Shown here in pieces: positions 63,201 to 64,000 of a stretch of 64,000 nucleotides of DNA (the stretch's first letter is position 1; each line of letters opens with the position of its first letter). The translations under genes were made by a program, and so were the position numbers. The notes under the pieces are model-generated. The model was not told where the DNA came from. It ran no database searches and saw nothing but the letters and a program-made list of their open reading frames with translations. The stretch is from Chrysomallon squamiferum (taxonomy: Eukaryota > Animalia > Mollusca), in contig CM022665.1 in the NCBI GenBank assembly GCA_012295275.1, positions 14,074,001 to 14,138,000 on the forward strand, read 5' to 3'.

Positions 63201-64000
63201 ATCTTAATAACCCTGTACAGTTCAGAGATTGTGTGTTTTCCTGCTTGTAAAGCTGATGGTTTGCAGTCTGACAGTGACAGTATTAACATACACACTTCAC
63301 TGTATGTAACAGTAGGGAACTTGAGTTAAACAATGTATCAGAGCAAGTTTCAATGCATAACAAATATATTTAATATATTATATTTTTACTATGCAAAATA
63401 AATTTAAAACAAAAACAATATTTAATAACAGTATTAAAGATATAATAATTATTTACAGTGCATAAATACCTATAAGTTGGAACTTGTAAAAAAAAGAAAG
63501 AAATGGAAACAATTTCCCATTCTGATATCGTCACAGTACTTGGACATTTTTTTAAATTGAAATAGATTGTACAAAGTTGAGGTAAATTCTAAGTTTGTTT
63601 ACTGACTACTATATCATGGAAACTATTATGGTTTTTCTTTTTAAAAAAAAAAGTTAAAAAAAAATTTGTTTGCAGGTTTTGTCAAAGATATACAAAGGAA
63701 AATTGTTTTAATTTAAAACCTTACATTCTTACTTAATTTTTATGGTCCTTGTTCATAGGATATTTAGAATTTAAACCTGTTTACTAACTATAATGTGTAT
63801 TTGGAATATTGTGTTAATAAGATCGAAAAAACAGTTTCAGAGTACTGATGTAACTAAGATATAAATAAGATATAATACATATATCTCTGTGTTAAAAGAT
63901 TAATTCTTGTATGGAGTTAATGAAAAGGAATGATAAAATATATATCTACGGAAAACTGGTTAATGTATTCTTATTTTTAAGGTTGCTGGTATAGCTGATA

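Overview
AT-rich, intron-dense animal genomic DNA. It is probably molluscan or lophotrochozoan, inferred from gene and repeat style and not proven. Three protein-coding genes can be rebuilt by hand from splice sites. (1) The 3' ~2,000 codons of CFAP47 on + (35 phase-consistent exons, 1-22639). (2) A Nopp140/NOLC1 gene on - (38292-26992) with a textbook SRP40 C-terminus, a ~5.3-kb exon carrying ~33 near-identical 117-bp (39-aa) repeats, and no visible LisH N-terminus. (3) The 5' exons of ARID1/osa on + (from 43882), followed by a >15-kb intron. Repeats include two hAT (Buster/Charlie-type) derivatives, a mariner derivative, decayed tRNA-SINE copies and microsatellites. The most unusual observations are the homogenised Nopp140 repeat expansion, a broken SGNH-hydrolase ORF in the last NOLC1 intron, a duplicated two-hairpin H/ACA-like element in NOLC1 intron 1, repeated decayed copies of exon-intron junctions in CFAP47 introns, and a perfect 52-bp palindrome. 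There is no prokaryotic-type system here, and none of these observations is established as novel without database searches.
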